A stretch of DNA of 64,000 bases from Geosiphon pyriformis uo1. Lineage: Eukaryota; Fungi; Glomeromycota. A program made the translations under genes and the position numbers. Positions 26,551-39,326 of this stretch are shown here, in pieces; positions within the stretch are counted from its first letter, which is position 1; each line of letters starts with the position of its first letter. The DNA is taken from the NCBI GenBank assembly GCA_016748015.1, contig JAAOMT010000275.1, forward strand, positions 186,001 through 250,000, written 5' to 3'. A model generated the notes under the pieces. It did no database searches and was not told the origin of the DNA. It saw only the letters and a list, made by a program, of their open reading frames with translations.

Positions 26551-29500
26551 TTTTTTTTTTTTTTTTATCATTTAATGAGTAAAATCCAAATACAGCTTAA
26601 TATAATACATTAAATAATCGATTTAAACTAAGTGTGAATCATGTATTTTTTACATATGACCAGCTATTCAAGCCAATTAGAACAATACTAAATACTTATA
26701 TAAACAGAAACAGAATTCTCAATACTTAAAAAAAATAAATGAAACTTTTAAAACCCAAAACCAATACCAAATATCTTATTAATACTTAGCAATCTAACCA
26801 TACTGAAAAAAAAACAATGAAAATAACCCAGAAACTAATCTTAGAACTAAATTATTACATGGTATCAGCCTATTTTTTTCTATAAAAGCATAATGTTTAG
26901 CACAAACCAACCAAACTTATTTCCTAAAAACAAGACAGAAATTATGCACAAAGTTCACAATCTTCTGATTCACAATCTTAGAATTTTTGAAAACAGATGC
27001 AGTCTCATAAAGCCAATCTTTAAAGACAAAGCCTTTGCAAAAAGCTGTGCATACTATAATATTTAAAGTGCAGAAAAACAGCAATTGAGACACACATAAT
27101 GAAGAAAGAAAAAGACCAAAAAGCACATACCAAACAGCTATATGGGCATCTAACAAATAATGATGAACAGAATTATCAACTATACAAGAAAAAACATAAT
27201 CAAAAATCTTAACATTACTATAATACAAATATAGAACACTAAGGTAACACTTGTCATATAGATACTTCTGCACAGCAATCAACAATTGACAATGTAAAGC
27301 CTTTATGAAATATGTACAAACATCAGCAGTAAGCTTAATTGTAAAATCAGCAGCTATGTACAAATTGGAATGCCATACCAAGAATAAACTAGGCCAATTA
27401 ACATCTAAGAGCAAATTATTATCCAAAATACCAGACCCAAAACCAACCTTCTAGTGTGCACAGTAAATAAACCAAAAGATTTCATAAACAAAATGTCTAA
27501 AATTATTAGAAACAACACTATTTTCAGCCAAAATACAATGTTTTTTCAAATCGGGAGAAAAACACTAGGAGGAAAAAGAAACAATGTTGGTAAGTGCATC
27601 AACACATTCATTATCTAAAATATCCGAATAACTATTAATTTTGCACCAACTAATATTTAAATTTTTTTTCCTAATGACATTCATAATATGTCAATATTTA
27701 ATCCAGTATTGATTTCAAAAATCCAAACACACTAGATCCAATTCCAATTTACATGCACCCAAGACAACTTAACTATTCATAAAAAAGTAAACTAAGCTAA
27801 GAAAGAAGACATATTAAAGAGCCAATACAATAGTCTGCAGCTCTGTTAAAGTAAAAGATAACAGACCAAAGACTTTAATCTCTAAACTTATGTTCATATC
27901 CTCAAAAAAAACCATCATACTAGTCTTCACATTAGGACTCCCCAGGTTTTTTAGAGATCTATTTATATAAACAAAAAGGTTGTTAGCTATGACATCTAAC
28001 AAATAGTCACAAACATGTCTAAATTCACTAGATTTCAGAATACTTGAAAGTCCAAAACCACTCAAAAAAATAGGAACAACAAAAGAAAAAGCTATACCAT
28101 TAAGAAAATCAACAGAAAGCCTAAACCAATCAGGAACAAGGCCATGTGGGTCCAGTCTCTTCCAGTACTTAAAAATTTTCCAATCAAAGATAGCACTCTT
28201 TTAACAATAAAGCTGCTTTACAAAAGCTATGTTATATTACTAAAGTAAAGAAAGAAATATAAAGAACTCAGCCTTACCAAGGACAGTTAACATAAAAGTT
28301 CTATTTTGAAAATGAAAAAAACCGACCATTGGACCACTCAGAGACAAATTACACTCAAGAAAAATACAAACTACACTTGTCAAAAAGTTATTAGATGAGC
28401 TAACTCTAATACAAGCTGGAAAAATCAAAGGATAAAGCAGATACCAACTCAAAGTTTGCAAATTAAGAGACCTGTATGAAAACAAATGATCCAAAATTCC
28501 AACAAAGTTTGTAAAACACACAACAGAAGCCACTTTGTTTTCAGTCTGAACTTGCTTAAAAGTTTTCAAACCATACAATAAAGGGTGATAAAGTGCATCA
28601 CTAGAAAAGTTAAAAGGCAGACCAGATTTTAATTTCAAGCCCTTGCAAATCAAAGCATCCCACTTTTTACACATTTTAATAGAAACAAAGCTGAACTGTA
28701 TTCTGTAGCTAACAATAGGAAAGAGAACAACTAACACCAAATATAAGAACTGTTTATCTGAAATAGTCTTCCTTAGAACAAAATTGGTAAAAAACTTGAT
28801 ATCTGAATGTGCTTTAGCCAAGCTAGACTTTGATAAATTCTTAGTAAACAAAAAGATATTTAGATAGTGATGAGACTCTCTTTTCTTAATAATAAAAATA
28901 GACAAATCACTGATTGACAAAGAAGAGCATTCAACTCTGCAATTAATGAGAATAATTACTGTCTTATCATTATTAATAGAAATGTTATTAATTCTAAAAA
29001 ATTTACTAGCAATATTGAGAATGTGTTGTGTTGCAGTCTAACTATTACCAACTCAGATTGTATCATTAACAAAAACACCAGCAGCAAAAAAAAACAACAA
29101 TCCAGTTTAAGATTCTACATGACCAGTTTTAACAATAAAATAGAAGTTCAACTTATATTCACACACACTTTCCTATCTCTTAACTTTGCATAAAAAAGGA
29201 TTATAAAATATGTGCCAAAAAAGAGGTAAGAACATCTCCCTTTGATCCAAACTATCATGTACTCAATATCCATCTATCAATCCAAAATCAGTTATAATCT
29301 TATTAAAATGATTATTGTGAATGCTACCAAAAAATCTAATGAATTTGTCACACATTTTTATCCTAAGCAGGCTTTTCCTAAGATGCTCCTATCCAACAGA
29401 ATTGTAGACTTTTTATATGTTCTGCAAGACCAGTCAGAGTTCATGGTTTTTTTCTAAAATGTTCTCAATAACTAAATCAATGGCAAAAATGGAAAATTGT

Positions 29501-32500
29501 ATTGTTATACTCTTTAAAACTGAGAAATTGTTCCTATGTAAAACATTAAAAATGCTATATGCTGTTACAAGTAAATCTAGTGGGATAGAAAAATGGTAAT
29601 GTTTGATGCTCTCAATTATTAATAATACATGTTTTGCATAATTTTGTTAACTTAGTCTTGATTATTAGTCTCTGAAGGTCTTATTTACTAGTTATGAATT
29701 TATTTGTCAAGTTCTTTGATTATAAGACACAGAGATTTGGCTTTCACTAATTGCAACTTTTTATAAATGTGAGTTATTTTCTTTGAACTAATGAGCACAG
29801 TTATTAGAATTTGTTCACCCTTCTAGTAAGCTATCAAGATAATGTTATTATCTAAAACTTAGGAGAAGCTTCCCTTTTTTACCAGGCTATCATGAAGTCT
29901 ATTTTTAGACAGTCAATTTTACTATATTGCCATTCCACAAGAGAAAATAAAAAAATAAAAAAAAATAAAAATAAAAGAAAATAAATTAGTATTGTCAATT
30001 ACTATGATCAAGAGCAACTAATTCAAATTGTTAATAGTTTAAGGCAGTTATGTTAAGAGCATTTGTTTTGAAATGAAAGTATGAAACAATAATTAATTTA
30101 CATAATTTCTACAAATTTCAAGAACATAAATTCATGATTCTGATTTCTTAATAATTGATTTATTTCAAAAGATGAATATGAAATAGAATAAATGATGGAA
30201 GAGATAAGAATATTTGATTTTTGTTTAATAGTTTGTATCTAGATGTTTGTTTTTTTCTACTTTTCTCAATTATTTATTTTTATACATTTTTTTGGTTTTA
30301 CAGGATTGCTTTTTAACTGTTCCATTATTGCTAACTATTGCTTTGCTATTTCTGTAATTGCTTCATTCTTTTATGTTATTCCTAGTTATTTTATGTTATA
30401 ATATGTTATCTAGTGTTATTATATATTATTTTGTGTTATTTCACGTTATAATGCATTATCCTATATTATCCTAAGTTATAATGTATTATCCAATATTATT
30501 GTGCACTATTCTGTATTATGTCACATTTTGGTCACATTTTTTCATAACTTTGAATCAGTTTTTCTATTTGAGTAATAACGCCGAAGAGATTTTGTCTAAG
30601 AGAATTTTGGAGAAAATTTTGCAGATAGTCTTAATCAATACAATAGATCAAATATTTGTAAAAACTTCTTTCACTCATATGACTTGGATATTATCAAGAC
30701 CCAAGCTTCTTTTCAAACATTGAGCACTATTTCACAAGACAAACAAGAATTTAAAAGCACCAAAAGCATATCCAAAACCAACTTGTTGTGATGCTTTCAA
30801 AGCTTATTTGAGATTCCAGAAAAATCAGCAGCTTTGTCATCAAGCAGATTAAAAACCACACTGAGCAACTCATTGAAACTATCTGAAGACATTATATTTG
30901 AAAAAGCATTATCAAAAACATACTCTAAAGACTAGTATTAATAAGACCAAACATCAAAAAAATCCATCACCACTTTATGCTTCCTAGTTCAGCCCTCTAT
31001 AATCTCATATACCTTGGTCTTAACCAGATTAGGTTTTAAAATTAGTTCATTTTTAATGATTAAATAGTCCAAAGCCATTCTTCAGAAAATATGCTTTAGT
31101 ATGTTCTTGATTATATAACTTTTATTAACTGTAAAATTCTCTATTTGTTTATTAATAGCCAATTTAATTCTTGATTCTTTAGTTCACAAAGACTTAGCAA
31201 GCTTGGAGACACAATATGCTTTACATACAATGAAAAAAGCTAAACATATATGATCAAGATCTGTACCAGAATCCAACAAAGTTTAAACAAATGATGCCAT
31301 ATTAATATTTAGAGATGTCCAGCAACTCATTAAAGACTCAAATACATCATCAACATCTCCACACAAGGACTTAACTATCCTTGACACCAAAACTTCTAAC
31401 TTATAAAACTTAGAAAACTCCCTGGTAAAAATGCCAACAAAGCTCTTAAACTATTTCTTTTTGAAAATCTTATTTGCTAAAAAATACATCACTTTGTGAA
31501 CAGCATTCCATATAACATTCAAATTCTTAAATTTTTTAGTCACAAAAAACTCACTAGAGAACATTGTTGCATTCATCACTATAGATTTCTTGTATCTGTA
31601 CCACTTTGTCTCATTAGTATTCTTAATGTCAAACTTTCAATAATCCCTATTTGTTTGTTTGTGCAAAAAGTTCAGTTGCATATCCAAAAGTCTACCCAAA
31701 TCTACAGACACAGAAACAGCTTGGTAATCAGTATCAAGATGTTTACTAACATCCAAAACATTACAACTCACAACTGCATTTAACCAAACTTGAAGAAATA
31801 AACACATAGTCTATCATCTTTTTAACACTTTTTGAATTTTTCTATGTAAAACTCTTTGTAACTAAACTTCTCAACAGAAAATTAATCAACCCTAAATCAA
31901 GACATTTCTTGAAACTGGCACACTTGTGTGAACTATCTTTATTAAAATTACCATTTAGAATAATGAAAAAAAATTCATTTATAGTCTTTGCAATTAAAGA
32001 GTTGATTTTGCCAACTTGAGAGAAACAAACTGTTAAAGAAGTACCAGTGTAGAGATCCAATATTGATATAAAAAATTTATGTTTAAAAAGCAACTTGATA
32101 GAAAAGAGCCAACCAAACATTTCAGAAATCTTATATACATGATAAGCCAAAGAAGTGTTCATGATGATTGCCACCTCAGCACCAAGAAACCTCTTGTTCA
32201 ATCCAGATAAAAAAACCTTAACCCTATTAAACTTATTCTTAATCCATGGTCTACTGCTAAACTTCAACTTTATTTCTATAACTATTGAAACCAAATTCCC
32301 AGAATCCCTATGCCAATAGATAATATTCTTCTGCTTGGCAGAGACATTGATACTGCAAACATTACACATAGCAATTTTCCACACAAAATCATTTATTGAG
32401 AAGTAAAAAAAGCTGAAAAACCCAAACCAGAACACAAATAATCCAATTTTCCCAAAACTGATTCAACTGATACTTCCAAAGCCATTGTTTTAGATTTCAA

Positions 32501-34480
32501 CTCACACATCTTAGTGGTCAAAACCTTAGAACTACTCGAGCTAAAGTTAGTAATTATACTTGCAATGACCAAAAGAAGAAGAACAAAAGATGCCAATGTA
32601 TCATTTAAAATCATATCTGAATTCAAATTAGAAGCCAAAGATGTTGGAGTAACTAAAGAAGATACATAAGACATGGATGCCAAGGGCACCAATTCTACAA
32701 AGCTCAATTTTTTCATAATAACAGAAATTTAATCTGCCAAAAGCTCCAAAAAGTGTTCTAAAGAAGCCAAATAATCAACCAAACAGGAATCACTAAAAGA
32801 ATTGGAAACTATTAAGATAGGTTTCACACCTAAAGATAAATCAGTACCAAAAGAATCCGATAAAATTATATGAGAAAAAAAACTACCAGCAATCTGGGTC
32901 CAAGTTTTGTCATGAAAAGAAACCAGACAAGCAATAAGTGCCTGCTTTTTCTTATAAATATTGGCCAAGTAAAAATAATTCTGAGAAGTCACTACCCACT
33001 TATCATAACTACCAAAATTCTTACTTACTGTACAATCAACAAATATATGATCAAATTGTTTACACTAAGCACAACAGACTAAAAAGAGACCAGCCCAGCA
33101 CAAATTCATACCTTTAAACACTAGAATAAAGCCAATAACAGCCAATTTGGATGCCTTATTTTCAAAACACACTATAATACATCTATTATACACATATAAA
33201 TTTGGATTATGGCCAATGATACAAGTTTTTCCATCATAAAAAACCAACAAATCAGATAGATCATAAGCAGTGATGCCAACTGGAAGTGTATACAACAAAG
33301 CCTAATGCTGGTTCTTAAACACTTATGTTTGTTTGTTACCAATAGCTTTTGTCACATGAACAGAATTTTTTTTCATGAAAACAGATCATCTACCTGCAAC
33401 TAAATCAGCTATTTCAGATAATTCATATTCTATCTAAGTCTTTTGTCAAAACCAATCAGTTGTATTTTAATTGATATAATCTTATCAAACTTAGAAAAAA
33501 CTAATTTCACAGCCAATTTAGAAAGATCAACTGAAATCTTCTTGACAATTATTTTCCGATTTGAACAGTTGTTTACTTTTTTGAGATTATTATTGACCAT
33601 GATTTTTTTACAGATTGCCAATTTTTTTGCCTTATTCATATTAAATTTAGAAGTAAATAAAACTCTAATAATTTTTAAGAATTTTAAAGAAGTTAATGCT
33701 CCTCTCAAAACCATCAATTCAATAAAAATTTTTTTTTATTGTCATTAATTTATCATTATTAGTCTTCCTAGATACAGTTAACAACTTAATATCAAGTGCA
33801 AAAAATTTGACTGGCTTGAAATTGTATTTATCCAGAACATGTAATTTAATAGCTGGCAAATGCTTAACACCAAAAAATTTAAAAGCCAGAAGTATCAAAA
33901 TATTATCATTGCCATTGCTTAAATTATTGAAAAAAATTTTGTTCAGCTTGCTGTTTAAAATATATGTCTTAGTATATGTCTTTTTAGAAGTAATATTGTC
34001 TATTATATTATTGACTTTCAAAACATTCGAATCAGCATAGCTGGTCTCTTTTGCAATCATATTCTTTATGTTTTTCAGGTTTGAAATGCCACTAATACTG
34101 CTTGTTTTACTATTTATCTTACTGCTTCAAGACCTCACAGGCCTGTCGTTATTAATAAGCATATTCATAAGAACCAAAAAGCCAGCAGATGTCTCAACTA
34201 TACTGCTAGCAATAGTAAGCTTTTTGGGTTTTTTATAAGAAGCACTTTGCAAATAAGCACTTACTAAATGCTTGGTTTTAATACCTGACTAAATCTTCAA
34301 CCCAGCCAAAATAGATGCCAACCTACTAGCAAAAAAGTCTACTGATTCCATACTCACAAACAAAAATATATTGGAAAAAATAACTGTAAAACTTATAAGG
34401 ATAAAGAAAGAAAGAAAATTTATTTCTTTGATATAATCAAGCTCTTATTGTGATCAAAGAATCAATAAAAGAAAGATTTT
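26551..34480 (-). mobile_element. Full-length degenerate LINE copy 3: ORF1 ~34351->32393 (CCHC knuckle), ORF2 ~32396->26688 (APE, RT, RNase H, C-terminal Cys/His motif), 3' UTR and poly(A)
   Basis: APE WKIAMCNV..IEIKLK and ILNGNFN; RT remnants ~29.0-29.5 kb; RNase H LFVYINRSL..TELQTIVLAL; ORF1 CCA*CKQFDHIFVDC; A16 tail at 26551-26566. Many stops and frameshifts. Confidence 0.9.
29563..30577 (-). mobile_element. Solo LTR (family A variant) inserted in the RT region of LINE copy 3
   Basis: TGTTACAAGTAAATC...GAGTAATA; TSD ATGC/ACGC; LINE sequence resumes on both sides. Confidence 0.9.
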
Positions 34481-35212
34481 TTTTATTTTTTTTGGATATA
34501 TTATTATTAAAAACAATTATTAATTTTATTATAAATAAGTTGTTTTTTTAAAAAATTGTAAATATAAAGACAAAAAAATAAAAAAATTTGAAATGAATAA
34601 AAGAAAATTTTTTTAAAAAAAAAATATATTATTAGATAATAATTAAGTTAATATATTAAATAAAAAAAAGATTAATATTAATTAAAATAATTAAAAGTTT
34701 TAATTATATTTGTATATTTTTTTTAAATTTTACTGTGAATTAAATTTTATTGAATGTTATTAAAAAGCAATCAAGTAATATACAAAGAATAATTATATAT
34801 AGAATAAATTATAAAAAACAGTTTTTTGTGCTTTTAAATTTGTTAATTTAATAACAATTTATAGATTTATGTAAAAAAAATATGGCAATATATGGATTGT
34901 ATAAACATAAAATTACGGATAAATTAGCAGAATATACTTTAAGAATTCATGAGAAAGTATGAAAAAAATTAAGAACAAATTAATTTAATCAACTTTCTTA
35001 ATTTTGAAGTGTAATTTTTTCAAAAATAAAACTGATTTCATTGGGTAAATATCATGTGATTCGGTTTTTGTAAGTTCCATTGTGTACATGATGTAGCAGC
35101 CAATGAAAAAATTCCAGCCACACCCATCTGTGTTTTTGCTTAAAAGCTTTTTTGAAAGTTTTAATCATTATTTTATTTTTGTGGTTCGCCTATTTTTGGT
35201 AAATTATGAACC

Positions 35213-38200
35213 ATGAAGAAAATCCTTTTTAAGTACAATTTAGTCAGCTTCTGGATAAGTAAGTTTCAAAGAGTCTTTTACCAACAACTTCACTTTTTGG
35301 CTGACCTCCTCTTTTTCTATAATTTTCCCAGCGTGTTTTGTGGTTTGTTTCTGTCTTAATGTAGTGAAATCTACTTCTAGTACAGATGAATCCCTAAAGA
35401 TAGTGCAAGAGGTGAGCCTGGTTTAATTTTTAACTTTCATTCCATCTCGATAAAAGCGTTTGTTTGATGTGCCGAAATTTCCTTGAAATTTCCAATTAAT
35501 TAAAGGTATCAATGAATGATGATTTTTTAATAAACCATGATTTAACATCGAAATCCGTTAACCATTTATGTAAACCATTTACTAGGGCATATAGTTTCTA
35601 TATGAATCAAGCAGATGATTCTCTTCGCAAAAGTTTGAGCTCCTATGTGACTATGACGCCAAAGAATGCAATAGATCTGTATGATGAAAAATTAAAAATG
35701 GCCGACTTTATTTCGTGTTGATCTTGTGCTCAGATAGTGAAGACAAAAGCGGTTTTCATATTCACATCAGAAAAAAGCCATCGTGATTGTTTAATTTGTC
35801 GACTTGAAATAAATGATGGTCTTTGACCATATCAGTGGTTTCTTATTATCAAAAATTAAGAATTATACAATATGTGAATTGTCCCATAGGAAAAAGAAAT
35901 GAATTCGGCTGAAAATAATAGAGATGATTTCAATTCAGAACATGATCTCGCGAATCTATCAGGCAGGAGTCAATTTATTTAAAATATTTTGTCTCATATC
36001 CGATTGGCTAAAAAATAGTTTCTTTACAGCCGATCAGCTATATCGCAACGCCCTTGAAATATTGGGTAACTTGCAGCCTTCCACCACAAAAAGGTTACAT
36101 CAAGGAGCCGATTATGACGATGGAGACACGAGTATTCTTCCATTTTCATTGCGCATTTTCAGCAGGATATTCAAATTCTTTTCGGCAGAACGCTTACAAA
36201 GCGCAATAATTGCTGCGGAGAAGTCCAATGAAAAGTTGAATACGGCTATTGATATGCTTGAGAAGGCGGGTTATGACCTCAAACATGACGCTTCTTTGTT
36301 TACTCTGGGTGAAATTACTTTTGTAAGATATAATCTATGATCTATTTTTACTTGTAAAGATTCAATTTAAATTATATTTGCGTTACTCGACAGAATGCCC
36401 TCTATACCCATCCGCGGAATCTGACAGCTGCTTTTAAGTATTACAATGATTTGGCCATCCGATCCGGCAATGCGACAGCTCAACAAATGGTTGGTTTCAT
36501 GTACGCTACTGGAGTTGGGGATTCGATAAACCGTGACCAAGGGAAGGTATGTAAAAAATGCAGAAATGACAAATATGAATAGAATGTGGATTTTGAAACT
36601 AAAAGTTCTTGACATTATACGTTTCAAGTCCTTGCTGTATCATACCTTTGCAGCACTTGGAGGAGAAACCGCTGCTCAAATGACCCTTGCATATCGATAT
36701 CTGATGGGTATTGGAGTACAACGTAGTTGTGAGGACGCTGTTTTTCATTATAAACAGGTTGCTGATAAAGGTAGGTTTTGGTCAAGAATTCAAGCTTTTA
36801 TTCAACCTTTAATAAAGTTTGATCCACTACATCAACATAAAGCTGTTGAATATTATAGATCAGGGCCCCCTGGTGGGCCTCAACTTCCACCCTCAAAAAT
36901 ACGTTTATATGATGAGGACGGAGGCGTGTACGGTTATGGTGCCTCTATACATGCACCATCGAGATCAGGGGACACTGCTGCTTGGGGTGATATATTAGAA
37001 TACTATCGTTACATGGCAGATCAGGGAGACATTAGTGCACAGGAAAATATCTTATTTTTGAGATTATATTCAAAGTTTGCTTTTGAGCCAATTTAGTAGC
37101 TTCCCTAAGACTCAAAATTGATCTTTTATATTTTCTATTATAGCTAGCCTTAGGGCAGTTATTTTATCAAGGGACTCGCAGCATTGCCCAAAATTTTAAG
37201 GAAGCTGTAAAGTACCTCACGCTGGTTGCAAATCAATTCATTTGGCCCTCAGATCTCTCTCAGATTGATGAGCAGTCATCCAGCGCATCTTCGGCATCCT
37301 CGGCTGCAACGGCAGCTGGGCTTTTGGGACAAATGTACTGGCGCGCAGAAGGCGTTGAACAAAATAACGCAACAGCTCTCCTTTGGTTTAAGCGTGGAGC
37401 AAAATTGGTATATGCGCTTGTTCATAAGTCCTTTTCATTATAATTAATATTAAACTATAATTATCCCTTTAGAAAAATCCTGCTGCTCAAAATGGTCTCG
37501 GGTTAATGTATCAACAAGGACTCTTTGACAAGGAGGGTAATGAGTTACTTGTCAAAGTAAGAGCATCGAGTTCATTATGTTTCAATATAATATTTGGCCA
37601 GTATGTTAACCTCCACTTTTACTCATGAAATCTCATAAGCAGAATCGTAAAGAAGCGGAAATTCATTTCAAATTAGCCGCTGATGCAGATTATGCTGACG
37701 CTCAAGTGAACTTGGGTCTTCTTTACTTGCGTAAGTCTTAATTTTAGTTTTTTTATTTGATATCCCACGCTTCTAGTGAACTTCTCATTTTTTTCTCCAG
37801 ATAAACAAAGGGATATTTCTGAAGCATTAAAATATTTCCTCTTGGCAGCACAACACGCCCATTTCTTGGCTTATTACTATTTAGCCGAAATGTATGCCAA
37901 AGGCGAAGAAGTTACAAAATCTTGTGCGATGGCCGCAGCGGTAATTTTTGCTTTAAATGGTCTAATTTTTTCTTTCTTTGCTCACAGTTTTATTTTTGAT
38001 ACCAGTATTACAAAAATGTCGCCGAGAGGGGGGATTGGCTTCACTCTCCTTTCGAAGCGGCTCGTAAAGCACATCTCTCTGGTGATAAGGACGGCGCTTT
38101 GCTAAATTATTTGATCGCGGCAGAGCGAGGTTACGAGGTTGGGCAAGCTAATGTTGCATGGCTATTAGATAGAGGTATGAGATTTACCAGCATCCTTTGT

Positions 38201-39107
38201 AAGTATCATTTTTCTTCTCTAAAGATCGTGATTTTTACAGATAAATCAAGATGGCAACTGCCACATTTACTTCCAAAGCCGGATCCCCATAAGGAAAAGC
38301 TTGCTTTGATATATTGGACACGTTCAGCAAATCAGGGAAATATAGACGCAAGAGTAAAAATGGGTGATCATTACTTTAAAGGTTTGGGCACTGATGTTGA
38401 TTATGAAAAGGCTGCTGCTTGCTATCAGGTCGCAGCCGAAGCTGAATTAAATCCAATGGCAATGTGGAATTTGGGATGGATGCATGAAAACGGAATAGGC
38501 GTTTCTCGCGTCAGTATTATTTTTTCACTACTATAGAAATATGAAGTTTGTTAATTCCCGTTTTTTTATATGTGCATAGGATTTTCATCTTGCCAAACGG
38601 TGGTATGATTATTCGCTTTCAACAAATCCGGATGCCTATCTCCCAGTCACTCTTTCACTGTTAAAATTATATTCCAAAAGTTTTTGGAATTATATCACGG
38701 GGTCTGATGATTCAGACGATATCGAGAATGGTAAACCGTCAAAAGGTTTATGGTGGGATGACTCATCATCAGACACTCAAAAAGAGGAGACAAGCAGCGG
38801 ACGGATTGAGTCTGTGAAAAAGTTGGGAAAAGAAGGTTCCGGGAGTAATACCAATAGTGTTAGCTCTAAAGAACGTCGGGAATGGGATATTGGTCCAGAT
38901 GGTGAACAATTGGTGAAAGAATACAATAAGCGTAAAAAAGGGGAACAAGACTTCACTGAGTCGTTAGGTTCAACAATGGAAGAAGGACGTTATGATGATG
39001 ATGAATCACAGGATGATTTAATGGAGAGTCTTTTGATACTTGCTATGTGCCTTTTAGTTGGGTGGCTAGTATATATTCGACAGTTGAGATGGGGTGGTCA
39101 ATTGGAC

Positions 39108-39182
<75 letters not shown>

Positions 39183-39326
39183 AACAATAGAGAAGTTGCC
39201 GATGGAGGTAATGCGGCTGAGGCTCCCGTAGGTGGTGGTGGCGTTGGCGGTGATTGGCCTCCTCCCGGTTTGTTACATGACGATAATATGGGGAGATTTG
39301 CTTGGGGTGGTGCTGGTGGACATTAG
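35213..39326 (+). CDS. HRD3: ERAD component Hrd3/SEL1L (multi-exon): signal peptide, SEL1-like repeats, C-terminal TM helix, poly-Asn tail
   Basis: Spliced exons give MKKILFKYNLVSFWITCFVVCFCL.., GNATAQQMVGFMYATGVG, AQMTLAYRYLMGIG, AAERGYEVGQANVAWLLD, YWTRSANQGNIDARVKMGDHYFKG, AMWNLGWMHENGIG and TM LLILAMCLLVGWLVYI. Exon structure at 35412-35889 is uncertain. Confidence 0.92.

Noticed and set aside
35512-35721. 69-aa ORF as a separate gene
   Set aside because: Lies within the HRD3 5' region; HRD3 exons at 35411 and 35890 join in phase without it. At most an optional exon.
36367-36627. Antisense or alternative-frame ORFs over real genes or TEs (also 37226-37447, 41918-42118, 33443-33748, 56617-56820)
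   Set aside because: Shadows of the true coding frames.
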